From UHGV virus genome UHGV-0119950: 53,290 bases of DNA. The stretch is one strand, 5' to 3'. The notes beneath the pieces were generated by a model, which was given only the letters and a program-made list of their open reading frames with translations, searched no databases and was not told the origin of the DNA. Each line of letters begins with the position of its first letter. Positions within the stretch are counted from its first letter, which is position 1. This DNA comes from a virus. A program made the translations under genes and the position numbers. Below are positions 35,989 to 45,432 of the stretch, in pieces.

Positions 35989-36178
35989 TAAATCTCTCAT
36001 CATGAGAGGCTGCGGAGTTAGGAAGCTCTTTTACGAGATTTTCCATTTCAGCGATCAGATAAGTGGAAACGCCATTATTCACACTCAATTTATCCATGGC
36101 GCTGATCATTTTAGGGAGGAGAAATCCAACCTGTAACTCGAGAGTAAAAATTCTGTCAAAAAGCTCTTTGCTATCCAT
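35921..36178 (-). CDS. hypothetical small helical protein
   Basis: 85 aa minus-strand ORF with AAGGA upstream; convergent with 35833..35988. Confidence 0.35.
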   Translation of the reverse strand: MDSKELFDRIFTLELQVGFLLPKMISAMDKLSVNNGVSTYLIAEMENLVKELPNSAASHDERFINAARDALATVKRSLDKPPSQE

Positions 36179-36307
36179 TAATTTCCTTATTCAGAGGTAA
36201 TCAGCCATCCCTCCGTACCTGAGTGCGCCAGTGTCCCACCACTGACGGGCTGAATGTTTACCTTAACCAGGGTTAAAGAGAAGCAACACCCTGATATTCA
36301 GACAGTA

Positions 36308-36330
36308 GCCGCCATCGTGCGGCTTTTTTA
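36308..36330 (+). terminator. rho-independent terminator-like hairpin
   Basis: AGCCGCCATCGTGCGGCT followed by TTTTTTATT. Confidence 0.45.
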
Positions 36331-36344
36331 TTGGAGATTCGCTG

Positions 36345-36941
36345 GTGGCTGAAAAAATAAAGTTTGTGGTTATCGGCCATCGCTCAAGAGAACCTCAGGC
36401 GCGAGCGCTGGCCTACCAAATCGGCCCCTCCGCCCACGTGATGATCGACCCTGACAGCCATGGAGCAGCATGGAATCACCGACGTGCGCTTGAGTGGGCT
36501 ACTGAACAGGACTGTCGGGTTGTAATCATTGAGGATGACGCGATACCTGTATCGTGCTTTGTGGCTCTGATTACTGGATGGTTAGAGCGCTTCCCCGACA
36601 CCCTGTTGAGCTTTTACCTGGGCACTGGCCGACCGCCGCAGTACCAGATGCAGATTGCTGAACGTTTGATCGTTGCCGATAAAACGCGCGCTGACTTCAT
36701 CACGTTGCCACGATTAATACATGGTGTGTGCTACAGCGTCCCGCCCCAGCATATTGAGCGCGTGTTATCTCGATGGGACAGCAGTAAGCCAGCCGATTAT
36801 GCCGTGGGTGATGCCTGGGGCGGTTCAGTGGTCTATCCGTGTTACTCACTGGTGGAGCATGCCGACGGTGAACCGGTAGAGCGTCATCCAGACAGAATAC
36901 CGCGCACAGAGCGCCGACGGGCGTGGAGATTATCTCAATGA
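36345..36941 (+). CDS. putative nucleotide-sugar transferase-like protein
   Basis: 198 aa, GTG start with GGAG upstream; VVIIEDDA resembles a DxD motif; weak assignment. Confidence 0.4.
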   Translation: MAEKIKFVVIGHRSREPQARALAYQIGPSAHVMIDPDSHGAAWNHRRALEWATEQDCRVVIIEDDAIPVSCFVALITGWLERFPDTLLSFYLGTGRPPQYQMQIAERLIVADKTRADFITLPRLIHGVCYSVPPQHIERVLSRWDSSKPADYAVGDAWGGSVVYPCYSLVEHADGEPVERHPDRIPRTERRRAWRLSQ

Positions 36942-37333
36942 CAACCTATATAACCGTTGCCGATGTTGACCAGTTGCTTGGCGAAAACTGGACTGAGCCA
37001 GATAAAAAGGCAAAAGCGGTTCTGATGGCCAATACCTGGATGACAGGCCTAAATCTTCAGGATATCGACCTCAATAATATCCCTGATGATGTAAAACAGG
37101 CCGGGGCATACGCTGCTTCCGTCGCGGCTGCTGGCAATCTATATCAACAAAAAACAGATTCTGGCGTGGTGACGAGTAAAAGCGTTGAAGCCGATGATGT
37201 GAAGGTTTCCAGAACGTTTGCCGAGCTTTCAACAAGCAGCACTGAATTACTTGATCCTGATTTGCAACTGGCGCTGGCCATGCTCAATCCATGGATGCTT
37301 AGCCCGTTCCAGACGTTCTTTGTGAGGTCTTGA
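36938..37333 (+). CDS. head-tail connector / head completion protein
   Basis: 132 aa from ATG overlapping upstream stop; position between head and tail modules. Confidence 0.45.
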   Translation: MTTYITVADVDQLLGENWTEPDKKAKAVLMANTWMTGLNLQDIDLNNIPDDVKQAGAYAASVAAAGNLYQQKTDSGVVTSKSVEADDVKVSRTFAELSTSSTELLDPDLQLALAMLNPWMLSPFQTFFVRS

Positions 37334-37334
37334 T

Positions 37335-37589
37335 ATGTCCGATTTTAAAGTTGTCCCATTTCAAAAGACCAATCAGCACAAAGTGGATAATGGTGAGGTT
37401 ATTCGCTTGCTGAAACAGGCCCTGGAACACGCAGAAAATGGGGGGTGCCACAGCGTTGCAGTGATACTGCTTGATGATGCCGGGAATGCAATCGATTGTT
37501 GGCATAACGGTGGTCGGCCGTATGTAATGGTGGGTGCTATGGAGTCGCTTAAAACGGATTTTATCCATACTCATATTGAGCGGCGGTGA
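37335..37589 (+). CDS. hypothetical protein
   Basis: 84 aa ORF within structural module. Confidence 0.35.
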   Translation: MSDFKVVPFQKTNQHKVDNGEVIRLLKQALEHAENGGCHSVAVILLDDAGNAIDCWHNGGRPYVMVGAMESLKTDFIHTHIERR

Positions 37590-37593
37590 CGCT

Positions 37594-37977
37594 ATGGGCA
37601 TTCGTGACGAGCTTCAGACCGAAATCGCCGCAGCGTTCGATGACGATCTTGCCGACGCCGTTAACAACTTTACCGGCTCTTACGTCATCCAAACCGGATG
37701 GGACCCGGTAACGGAAACAGGCGGTGAAACCACAGTGACCTACACCGGGCGTGGCGTTCTGTCGAAATACAGCCTCAACCGCATCGATGGCGTCAATATC
37801 CTGCACGGTGACCTGAAATTAACCGCGCTGACGAATGAAGTTACCGACGAACCGAAAGTCGATCACTTCATCACTGCACCAGACCTGATTACCGGAGAAC
37901 AGCAGCACTACAAGGTCATTACGGCAGGAACCGATCCGGCGAAAGCAACATATTCCATTCAGTTACGGAGGGTGTGA
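37594..37977 (+). CDS. putative head-tail joining protein
   Basis: 127 aa from ATG at 37594; position only. Confidence 0.4.
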   Translation: MGIRDELQTEIAAAFDDDLADAVNNFTGSYVIQTGWDPVTETGGETTVTYTGRGVLSKYSLNRIDGVNILHGDLKLTALTNEVTDEPKVDHFITAPDLITGEQQHYKVITAGTDPAKATYSIQLRRV

Positions 37978-37978
37978 T

Positions 37979-38359
37979 ATGGCGAACGGGTGGAGTATCG
38001 ACCCCTCTGTTTTTATGAATCAGGTTGAGGAGGACGTTGGTAAAAAATTGCGTTTTATCTCGCTTCAGTTGCTGAATGAAATTGTCTCTCGCTCTCCGGT
38101 CGATACCGGGCGTTTCCGTGCGAATAATCAGGTGAGTATCGGCTCTCCTGAATACGGCACCACCGATACAACAGATAAAAATGGATCGGCGACTTTGCAG
38201 CAAGGCAGCGCTGTTATAGCGCAGGGAAAACCTTATTCAGTCATCTACATTCAGAATAACCTCCCATACGCGGAACCTCTGGAAAATGGTCACTCGCAGC
38301 AGGCTCCGGCGGGTATCTACGCTGTCTCATTCCACGGTGTAACACAGGCCTACAAATGA
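37979..38359 (+). CDS. HK97 gp10-like tail completion protein
   Basis: 126 aa; RFRANNQVS and PYAEPLENGHSQQAP resemble the gp10 family as I recall it. Confidence 0.5.
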   Translation: MANGWSIDPSVFMNQVEEDVGKKLRFISLQLLNEIVSRSPVDTGRFRANNQVSIGSPEYGTTDTTDKNGSATLQQGSAVIAQGKPYSVIYIQNNLPYAEPLENGHSQQAPAGIYAVSFHGVTQAYK

Positions 38360-38748
38360 CCCTCACAGAAATTCGTAACGCTGTCATCACCCGAATGACG
38401 GCGCAGACGGCTATTGCCTCTGATGCTGTGGATTATCCCAACGGACCAGTATTTGACCCAAGCGGTCGCGATATCTGGGCTCGCTTTACCAATATTTCCG
38501 GACTGGCCGGCGCGAATGAAATCGGTGCAGGACCCGTCGTTCAACGCACCGGGGTATTGATTATTCAGATCTTCGTCCCTGTTGGTTCTGGCTCTCTGCT
38601 TATCACTCAAACAGCAGACAAACTCCGCGAGCTTTTCGAATTCCAGAATGATGGAAAACTCAGTTATTTCGCCGTTTCCGCTGTTCCTGCTGGTGAAACA
38701 GATGGCTGGTCTCAGCTCAATCTACAAATTCCTTACCGCGCTCTGTAG
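38356..38748 (+). CDS. putative tail terminator / minor tail protein
   Basis: 130 aa immediately upstream of major tail gene. Confidence 0.45.
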   Translation: MTLTEIRNAVITRMTAQTAIASDAVDYPNGPVFDPSGRDIWARFTNISGLAGANEIGAGPVVQRTGVLIIQIFVPVGSGSLLITQTADKLRELFEFQNDGKLSYFAVSAVPAGETDGWSQLNLQIPYRAL

Positions 38749-38774
38749 CGCTTAACTTCGATGGAGGTGACCGC

Positions 38775-39695
38775 ATGTCGAGCGGCGCTAAGGTACTCTC
38801 GGCCTTTATACGGGAAACTACGGTAGGTGTAACTCCGGCAGGAGCGTGGAGTCTGATAAAGCGCTCCGCGTGGGGGGTGAAACCGACCCAAAACACAAAT
38901 GACAATGACGAAATCGGTGGCACCCGCATGGCGCAGGGTATGTCGATGGGCACCGTTGATGTCGGTGGCGATGTGGCGACGAAGTTTCGCTGGGGACAGC
39001 ATGATGCGTTTCTGGCGTCCTGCTTCGGTGCTGACTGGGTTGGCGATAGCCTGACTATGGGTAATGAACGTATCACGTTCTCACTCGCAACGTATGCTTC
39101 CGATGTTGGTATCGCCTCTATCGTTCGCGGCGCGCAGGTAAGCGTGTTCCAGTTGGAGGTTCCTAACGACGGTGATGTTACCGCGACGATCACTTTCGCC
39201 GGGCTGGGCTGGGATTCGAAAGCTGATGACACCAGTTATATCGAAGGAACACCTGCGGATAACTCTGGCGAGCTGCGTTACTCGTTCAAAGAGGTCACGG
39301 CAATCAACCTGAACGGCATCGACGGCGGTGATGGTTTCTGTATCGACACCTTCAACATCCAGTTCGACAACAACGTTCAGACCCAGCGTTGTATCGGCAC
39401 CGGCTCACCATATGCCGGGGCCAATATTCCGACTACGTTCACGCCGTCAGGTTCAATCACATTATCCTGGTCTAAAGCTGCGTGGGAGGTTTGGAGCAAA
39501 ACACTGACCGGGGCGACGGTGCCGTTTAGCTTCACCCTGGCGAACGACGAAGGGCAGTACACTTTCAACTTCCCGAAAGTACAGGTCGCAGGCGACTGGC
39601 CGGATGGGGGCAATACCGACATTATCCAGGTTCAACTCGATATCACTGCGGCAGACGAGTCACCGACCATTACCCGCACAGCTGCGGGCAGTTAA
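38775..39695 (+). CDS. major tail (tube) protein
   Basis: 306 aa between tail completion genes and the chaperone/tape-measure block. Confidence 0.6.
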   Translation: MSSGAKVLSAFIRETTVGVTPAGAWSLIKRSAWGVKPTQNTNDNDEIGGTRMAQGMSMGTVDVGGDVATKFRWGQHDAFLASCFGADWVGDSLTMGNERITFSLATYASDVGIASIVRGAQVSVFQLEVPNDGDVTATITFAGLGWDSKADDTSYIEGTPADNSGELRYSFKEVTAINLNGIDGGDGFCIDTFNIQFDNNVQTQRCIGTGSPYAGANIPTTFTPSGSITLSWSKAAWEVWSKTLTGATVPFSFTLANDEGQYTFNFPKVQVAGDWPDGGNTDIIQVQLDITAADESPTITRTAAGS

Positions 39696-39755
39696 TTTCC
39701 CTTGCCCGTTCCGCTCTGCATGGCGGCGCGGGCTTTTTTCATGCAGGAGTTTCGA

Positions 39756-40223
39756 ATGATTATCCTCAACCCACGAATTGATGTTGGTGGCGAGCGCTGG
39801 TTTACGCCGCTGAAAGATCTCAAACCCATTGAAGGCCTAAAGCTGCTCGTCAGCAGCGTTGATAACGACCAGTATCGCTCGCGTAATGCGCTTATACGCC
39901 GCCACATTGAAAAAATGGATGCCAGTTACCAGGTGGGAACCAGCGAATTTAGCCTGTCTGCGGTCGGGGAAATTGACTCTGCCGATGATCTTCTGATCGA
40001 CAACTGCGCGCGTTACCTGCTGAAAGACTGGAAGGGCGTTGGTGAGCTTGTTGAAGGCGAAGAAGTTCCGATTGAGTACACACCTGAACGCGGCGCTGCA
40101 CTTCTGAAACAGGAACCAGCAATTTACTGGCAAATTCTGGCTGAAGCCGCCAGCATCGCTCAGGGCAAAGAGCAGCAAAAGCAGGAAACCGTAAAAAAGC
40201 CATCGAAGCGCAGAAATGGCTAA
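39756..40223 (+). CDS. tail assembly chaperone (gpG-like)
   Basis: ATG with RBS AGGAG; directly upstream of tape measure gene; slippery A_AAA_AAG near 3' end. Confidence 0.6.
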   Translation: MIILNPRIDVGGERWFTPLKDLKPIEGLKLLVSSVDNDQYRSRNALIRRHIEKMDASYQVGTSEFSLSAVGEIDSADDLLIDNCARYLLKDWKGVGELVEGEEVPIEYTPERGAALLKQEPAIYWQILAEAASIAQGKEQQKQETVKKPSKRRNG

Positions 40224-40543
40224 GCGAGTTCGGCGGGGAGCAGGGCGAAAAGGCAAAGTGGCGAAGGGAGAAATTAAAACTTCCGCCAATCCCTGAGCCA
40301 GAAATCGACGGCGTGACAGGGGAAATCCTCAACGCTTACTCCGTTATTTCCCGCTCCCGGCTGTATGCCGGGATGGCTGGCGCGCCGCTGCCGATATCGC
40401 TTCATGATATTGAGCGCTTTCTTTCTGCACGTCCCGTCCTCATTGATCGTGATGAATTTGACGCGGCGATATTTGCCCTCGATGACGCATGGCGTGAGCA
40501 GTGGGCGCAGGAACAGAAAAAACACGGCAAACAGAAACAATAA
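39756..40543 (+). CDS. putative GT-like frameshift fusion product of the tail assembly chaperone
   Basis: Frame 0 to 40199 then -1 frame to stop at 40543; mirrors lambda G/GT arrangement upstream of tape measure gene. Confidence 0.45.
40193..40199 (+). promoter_or_regulatory. candidate -1 programmed frameshift slippery heptamer A_AAA_AAG
   Basis: AAAAAAG in the zero frame of the chaperone gene 25 nt before its stop; the -1 frame is open from 40145 to 40543. Confidence 0.5.
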
Positions 40544-40582
40544 GCCCGGTATGTCCGGGTATTTTTATGCCCGGAGATCGCT

Positions 40583-43462
40583 ATGTCAGAACAGACATCC
40601 CGCCTCGCCGTCATTATTGACAGCACCGGCGCAGAAAAAAATGCTGAAAGCCTGACCAGCGCCCTTCACGGGCTTACCGAGTGGGGGCAGAAAGCAGCGG
40701 CCAGCGCCGGAAAAGTAACGAAGGCGACCGAAGAAGAATCCGCTGCTTTATCGGAACTACTGGACCGCATTGATCCGGTTAACGCTGCGCTGAACAAACT
40801 GGATAAACAACAGCAACAACTGGCGAAATTTAAGTCGAAAGGCATGCTGGACGATGAGACCTTTGATGTCTATTCGAAAAAAATCGAAGAGGCCCGCAAT
40901 CGTCTCTCTGGGTTTTCAGAGCAATTGAAAAATACTGGCATGTCAGCAAAGCAAACCGCTTTTGCGATGCGCATGCTGCCCGCTCAGATGACCGATATCG
41001 TCGTGGGTCTGTCTACCGGGCAAAGTCCGTTCATGGTGCTGATGCAGCAGGGCGGTCAGTTAAAAGATATGTTCGGCGGCATCGGCCCGGCGATTAAAGG
41101 CGTTAGCTCCTATGTGATGGGCCTGATCAATCCTTTCACGCTGGCGGCTGCTGCGGTCGGCGTGCTGGGTGTGGCGTACTACAAAGGCACGCAGGAACAG
41201 GACGCTTTCAATAAATCACTCATCCTGACGGGTAACCAGGTAGGGAAAACATCGGGTCAACTGGCGGACATTGCCGCGCGTGCTGGTGTAGCGGCGAACT
41301 CTACCACTGGCAAAGCAGCATCGACGTTAAATTTACTGGTGGAATCTGGAAAGGTTGCCGGTGACTCGCTTGAGCGCGTGACCACTGCCGTTGTTAAAAC
41401 GAGTGAGGCCACTGGTATTGCGACCGATAAACTGGTGGACGATTTCAACAAAATTGCCGCCGATCCGGTTGAGGCAATCACTAAACTGAACGATCAGTAT
41501 CACTTCCTTACGCTGGCAACTTACAACCAGATTAAGGCCCTCCAGGATGAAGGGAATCAGCAGGAAGCGGCGCGCGTTGCTACTGATGCTTACGCCACCA
41601 CCATGCAGCAGCGTGCCGCAGATATTCAGGATAACCTCGGTTATCTCGAAAAGGCATGGAACGGACTCACCGGCGCAGCAAAAGGCGCATGGGATGCAAT
41701 GCTGGGCGTTGGGCGCGAGCAGTCTCTTGAACAACGCTTGGCTGATGCGACTAAAAAGGCAAATGATGCGCGCGGCAAAGCCGTGGGTAATATTTTCGGT
41801 GTGCCAGGGTGGCAAACTGAAGCAGCAGCAGCGGCTAATTTTCTGCAAAGTGCTATCGACCTGCAAGGCGACCTTACAAAAGTTGTCGCGGCTGGCAGAG
41901 AAGAGCAGGATAAGGCAATTAAAATACAGCAGGAAGCTGATCGCGTTAACCAGCAGTTCCTGTCGAATGCTGATAAGCGAAACAAGGCGATTCAGCAGCA
42001 GAAGAAATTCCTTGATGCCGGGGCCATCAGTGCAGATCAGTACGCGAAAAATATCGCGCGCATCAATGAAATGTACAAAGACCCTAAATCGCCAACAGCA
42101 GCGAAGGGAAAAGCATATAGCGAAGATGCAGCGACACGACTGCTGGACCAGTTAAACCAGCAGACATCCGCAATGCAGTCCCAGCTTGACGCCAGCGATA
42201 AGCTCACCAGCGCCACTCAGGCGCGAGTGAAGTTTGAACAGCAGATAGCTGACCTCAAATCGAAAACGCAGCTCACCGCCGATCAGAAATCGCTTTTGTC
42301 CCGCTCTGAAGAAATTCTTCAGGCCTACAAACGACAGGAGGCGTTACAAAACTCCGTTAAAACGCTCGACGATTATCGGAAAATGCAGGAGCAGGTTAAA
42401 GCGAAGGATGAGCAGCAGAATGATTTGCTTCGCGAACGGCTTGCGCTGCTGGAAAAAGCAAAAGCCACAGGGAAGCTGGCGCCGGGGGAATACGAGCAAA
42501 CCCGATCTGATATTTACAAAAACACCCCAGCGGAGTTGCCTTCTTCAGTGAAGAGTGTGGTTGGCAACCTGTCACCGACTGGCGGCCAGTTATCCGGCAC
42601 GTTCGGCGGTATGCAACAGCAGTACATGCAACTCGATCAGGCGCAACAGCAGTTACAAACGTGGTTGCAGGCGCAGGAAGCAGCATATGCCCAGGCTGCG
42701 CAAATCACCACGGAAGGCGAAGCGCGCATGACAGCAATCCGCCAGCAGGCGGCGCAAGCCAACCAGGTTATTGAATCCCAGAAAAACGAAATCATCACCA
42801 GTGCGACGCAAACCATGATCGACAGTGGTTTGCAGATTCTGGCGACTGGTTTCGGGGAGCAATCCGGGATTTATAAAGCTGCGTTCGCTGCCAGCAAGGC
42901 ATTCGCTATTGCACAGTCTCTGGTTTCGATCCAGCAGGGGATAGCGATGGCGGCGGCTAACCCGTTCCCGTACAACATCGCTGCGATGGCATCCGTTGCA
43001 GCGGCGACGGCGAGCATCGTTTCTAACATTGCAGCCGTAGCTGATGTTGGTTTTGCTGTCGGTGGTTTTACGGGCCCGGGCGGAAAATACCAGCCCGCCG
43101 GGATAGTGCATAAAGGCGAGTATGTTTTTGACCAGGCTGCAACCAACCGGATCGGCGTCTCGAACCTTGAGGCGCTGCGCAATGGTGGTTCTCTGGATGC
43201 AACGCTGAGCAAGCCCGGTTTCGGTACGGGGGCGCAGAACGTCAATAACAACAGCAATGCTATGACCCTGAACGCCCCCATCAACCAGAACTTCAATATT
43301 CAGCAGGGAGTAAGCCCAGACCAGATGAATCTGTCGCTGGCGCAGACTCAGAAACAGGCTACCAGCGATGCATTAGATCAGGTCGCCAATCAGATCGTGA
43401 AAGGTAACGGGAAGGTGGGTAACGCAATGCGAGGAACGTACACCGGAAGGAGAATGACCTGA
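40583..43462 (+). CDS. tail tape measure protein
   Basis: 959 aa, long helical Q/A-rich protein, Gly-rich C-terminal region; canonical position. Confidence 0.85.
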   Translation: MSEQTSRLAVIIDSTGAEKNAESLTSALHGLTEWGQKAAASAGKVTKATEEESAALSELLDRIDPVNAALNKLDKQQQQLAKFKSKGMLDDETFDVYSKKIEEARNRLSGFSEQLKNTGMSAKQTAFAMRMLPAQMTDIVVGLSTGQSPFMVLMQQGGQLKDMFGGIGPAIKGVSSYVMGLINPFTLAAAAVGVLGVAYYKGTQEQDAFNKSLILTGNQVGKTSGQLADIAARAGVAANSTTGKAASTLNLLVESGKVAGDSLERVTTAVVKTSEATGIATDKLVDDFNKIAADPVEAITKLNDQYHFLTLATYNQIKALQDEGNQQEAARVATDAYATTMQQRAADIQDNLGYLEKAWNGLTGAAKGAWDAMLGVGREQSLEQRLADATKKANDARGKAVGNIFGVPGWQTEAAAAANFLQSAIDLQGDLTKVVAAGREEQDKAIKIQQEADRVNQQFLSNADKRNKAIQQQKKFLDAGAISADQYAKNIARINEMYKDPKSPTAAKGKAYSEDAATRLLDQLNQQTSAMQSQLDASDKLTSATQARVKFEQQIADLKSKTQLTADQKSLLSRSEEILQAYKRQEALQNSVKTLDDYRKMQEQVKAKDEQQNDLLRERLALLEKAKATGKLAPGEYEQTRSDIYKNTPAELPSSVKSVVGNLSPTGGQLSGTFGGMQQQYMQLDQAQQQLQTWLQAQEAAYAQAAQITTEGEARMTAIRQQAAQANQVIESQKNEIITSATQTMIDSGLQILATGFGEQSGIYKAAFAASKAFAIAQSLVSIQQGIAMAAANPFPYNIAAMASVAAATASIVSNIAAVADVGFAVGGFTGPGGKYQPAGIVHKGEYVFDQAATNRIGVSNLEALRNGGSLDATLSKPGFGTGAQNVNNNSNAMTLNAPINQNFNIQQGVSPDQMNLSLAQTQKQATSDALDQVANQIVKGNGKVGNAMRGTYTGRRMT

Positions 43463-43926
43463 TGGCTGAAAAATACTATCCTCACGATTATCTCCCTATG
43501 CCGCTTCAGGACGGTTATGCATTTCAGCCAGTCAGTCCGTTAAAGCGCACCGAAATAACCACCGGCCGCGCCCGTCAGCGCCGCGCGTTTATTTCGACAC
43601 CGACACAGGCAAATGTGCAGTGGTTTTTCGAAAACGATGCTCAGGCTCAGCTTTTTGAGGGCTGGTATCACGAAACCATCACTGACGGCGCCGACTGGTT
43701 TTTTATGCGGTTGCAAACGCCGCTGGGCGTTGAACTCTACAAATGTCGGTTTACGGACATCTATCAGGGGCCGACGCTGGTCGCCCCGATTTACTGGCAG
43801 TTCTCCGCGACGCTTGAGCTGTGGACTCGACCCGTCCTCGGCGATGGCTGGGCTGAGTTCCCGGATTACATCATCAACAGCAGCATCATCGATATTGCAC
43901 TTAACAGGGAGTGGCCGGAAGCATGA
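43462..43926 (+). CDS. minor tail protein (gpM-like)
   Basis: 154 aa right after tape measure gene; weak pattern resemblance to lambda M. Confidence 0.45.
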   Translation: MAEKYYPHDYLPMPLQDGYAFQPVSPLKRTEITTGRARQRRAFISTPTQANVQWFFENDAQAQLFEGWYHETITDGADWFFMRLQTPLGVELYKCRFTDIYQGPTLVAPIYWQFSATLELWTRPVLGDGWAEFPDYIINSSIIDIALNREWPEA

Positions 43927-44411
43927 CCAGTCCGACTTTAAAACGACTGTACGCCTCTTCCGGTGAAGAGGTCATTATCAAAACTTTGCAGATCAACATC
44001 GGTGATGATGTCATGTATCTCTGCGATGGCTACGACAATATAACAGCGACGACGGAAACTGGTGAAGAGGTCACATTCATCGCCAGCGCCATCGATGTTG
44101 CGCTACCGGCGCGGAACAGTGACGGCACGCAGGACTTGCAGTTTGCTGTCTCAAACATCAAAGGAGAAGCATCCACATCCGTGCGTAGCGCGCTGGAAAA
44201 TCTACGTGGCGCCACGGTGACCTACCGACAATATACATCCGATGATTTAGCTGCCCCCGCAGAACGTCCATACACGCTAACTGTGAAAAATGGGTACTGG
44301 ACCGCGACGCAGGCGCAAATTATCGCTGGATATATGAACGTGCTGGATACTGGATGGCCCCGCTATAGCTACACACTCCCGTTCTATCCGGGCTTGCGTT
44401 ACATGAGTTAA
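43911..44411 (+). CDS. minor tail protein (gpL-like position)
   Basis: 166 aa ORF; position only. Confidence 0.4.
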   Translation: MAGSMTSPTLKRLYASSGEEVIIKTLQINIGDDVMYLCDGYDNITATTETGEEVTFIASAIDVALPARNSDGTQDLQFAVSNIKGEASTSVRSALENLRGATVTYRQYTSDDLAAPAERPYTLTVKNGYWTATQAQIIAGYMNVLDTGWPRYSYTLPFYPGLRYMS

Positions 44412-44469
44412 TGTTCAGCCATAAATTACTTGATAAGATAAGGTTCTTCTTATTGACAGGGATAGAAAA

Positions 44470-44982
44470 GTGAAACGATTTTTGCTGGTTTCTGCCGTAA
44501 TTTTACTGGCCGGATGTTCGGCTAAATACAATACGAACAATATTCAGAGCAACACTGAGCAGTTAGTCAAAGATGCTCCAGTTGCTATTTCTATGCCATC
44601 TGATGGGGTATATGAAACCCGCACATATGCTGGCTCTGGAAATTCGACAGCGACTGCATTAAAAGCTGCTTTTTTGCGACATTCAGATAACGTAGCGATT
44701 TACGCTGATTGTGAAGATGTTACTTGTCTGAAAAATAATCATACAATCCATCATGGATACTACGTTGTTCCTCAGATATTGCATTGGGAGGACAGGGCTA
44801 CTGAGTGGTCAGGAATTCCAGATAAAATTGAAGTGAAAATTACAATTTATAATGCAGAATCCAACAATCGGATTGCCTCAACGATTATTAGCGGGAAAAG
44901 TAAGTGGGCAACATTTGGTGGTGATCATCCGCAAGACTTGTTGCCAGAGCCAGTAAACTCGTACATCTCCAGCCTGTATTAA
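44470..44982 (+). CDS. lipoprotein moron inside the tail module
   Basis: GTG start; signal peptide MKRFLLVSAVILLAGCS with lipobox LAGC; AT-rich; own terminator downstream. Confidence 0.6.
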   Translation: MKRFLLVSAVILLAGCSAKYNTNNIQSNTEQLVKDAPVAISMPSDGVYETRTYAGSGNSTATALKAAFLRHSDNVAIYADCEDVTCLKNNHTIHHGYYVVPQILHWEDRATEWSGIPDKIEVKITIYNAESNNRIASTIISGKSKWATFGGDHPQDLLPEPVNSYISSLY

Positions 44983-45004
44983 ACCGTCAGTAAACTACAT
45001 TTCA

Positions 45005-45029
45005 AACCCCGTATAAACGGGGTTTTTTA
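45005..45029 (+). terminator. rho-independent terminator after lipoprotein gene
   Basis: AACCCCGTATAAACGGGGTT hairpin followed by TTTTTAT. Confidence 0.6.
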
Positions 45030-45051
45030 TTGCCTGAAATTCGGAGGCTTA

Positions 45052-45432
45052 ATGTTCAATCAAGATAAATACCTTTCGGTCAGATGGCTGAAGGGCGGTC
45101 GCGCTTACCCTGAACTTGACTGTTTCGGCATTGTGAATGAGGTGCGTCGCGATCTGGGGCTTCATGAGTGGCCGGATTTCGCCGGAGTGACGAAAGATAG
45201 TGGAGGGCTTAATCGAGAAGCGAGGAAACTGATGCTTTCCCTACAACGCTGCGAGCCATGTGAAGGTGCGGGTGTTGCCTGCTATTCAGGCTCAACTGTT
45301 ACGCATGTCGGCGTTGTCGTGGTGCTTAATGGCCGTCTGCATGTGGCCGAATGCAACCCTAAATCCAACGTTTCTTTTACGCCGGTGGCGCAGTTTGTTC
45401 GCCGCTTCGTTAAAGTGGAGTTCTGGAAGTGA
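45052..45432 (+). CDS. tail protein with NlpC/P60-like Cys/His pattern (gpK-like position)
   Basis: 126 aa; LDCFGIV and THVGVV resemble C40 peptidase Cys and His contexts. Confidence 0.45.
   Translation: MFNQDKYLSVRWLKGGRAYPELDCFGIVNEVRRDLGLHEWPDFAGVTKDSGGLNREARKLMLSLQRCEPCEGAGVACYSGSTVTHVGVVVVLNGRLHVAECNPKSNVSFTPVAQFVRRFVKVEFWK

Noticed and set aside
41333-42155. ORFs on both strands inside the tape measure gene (41333..41866 minus, 41547..42155 plus)
   Set aside because: Embedded in a long, repetitive helical coding region; typical spurious ORFs.
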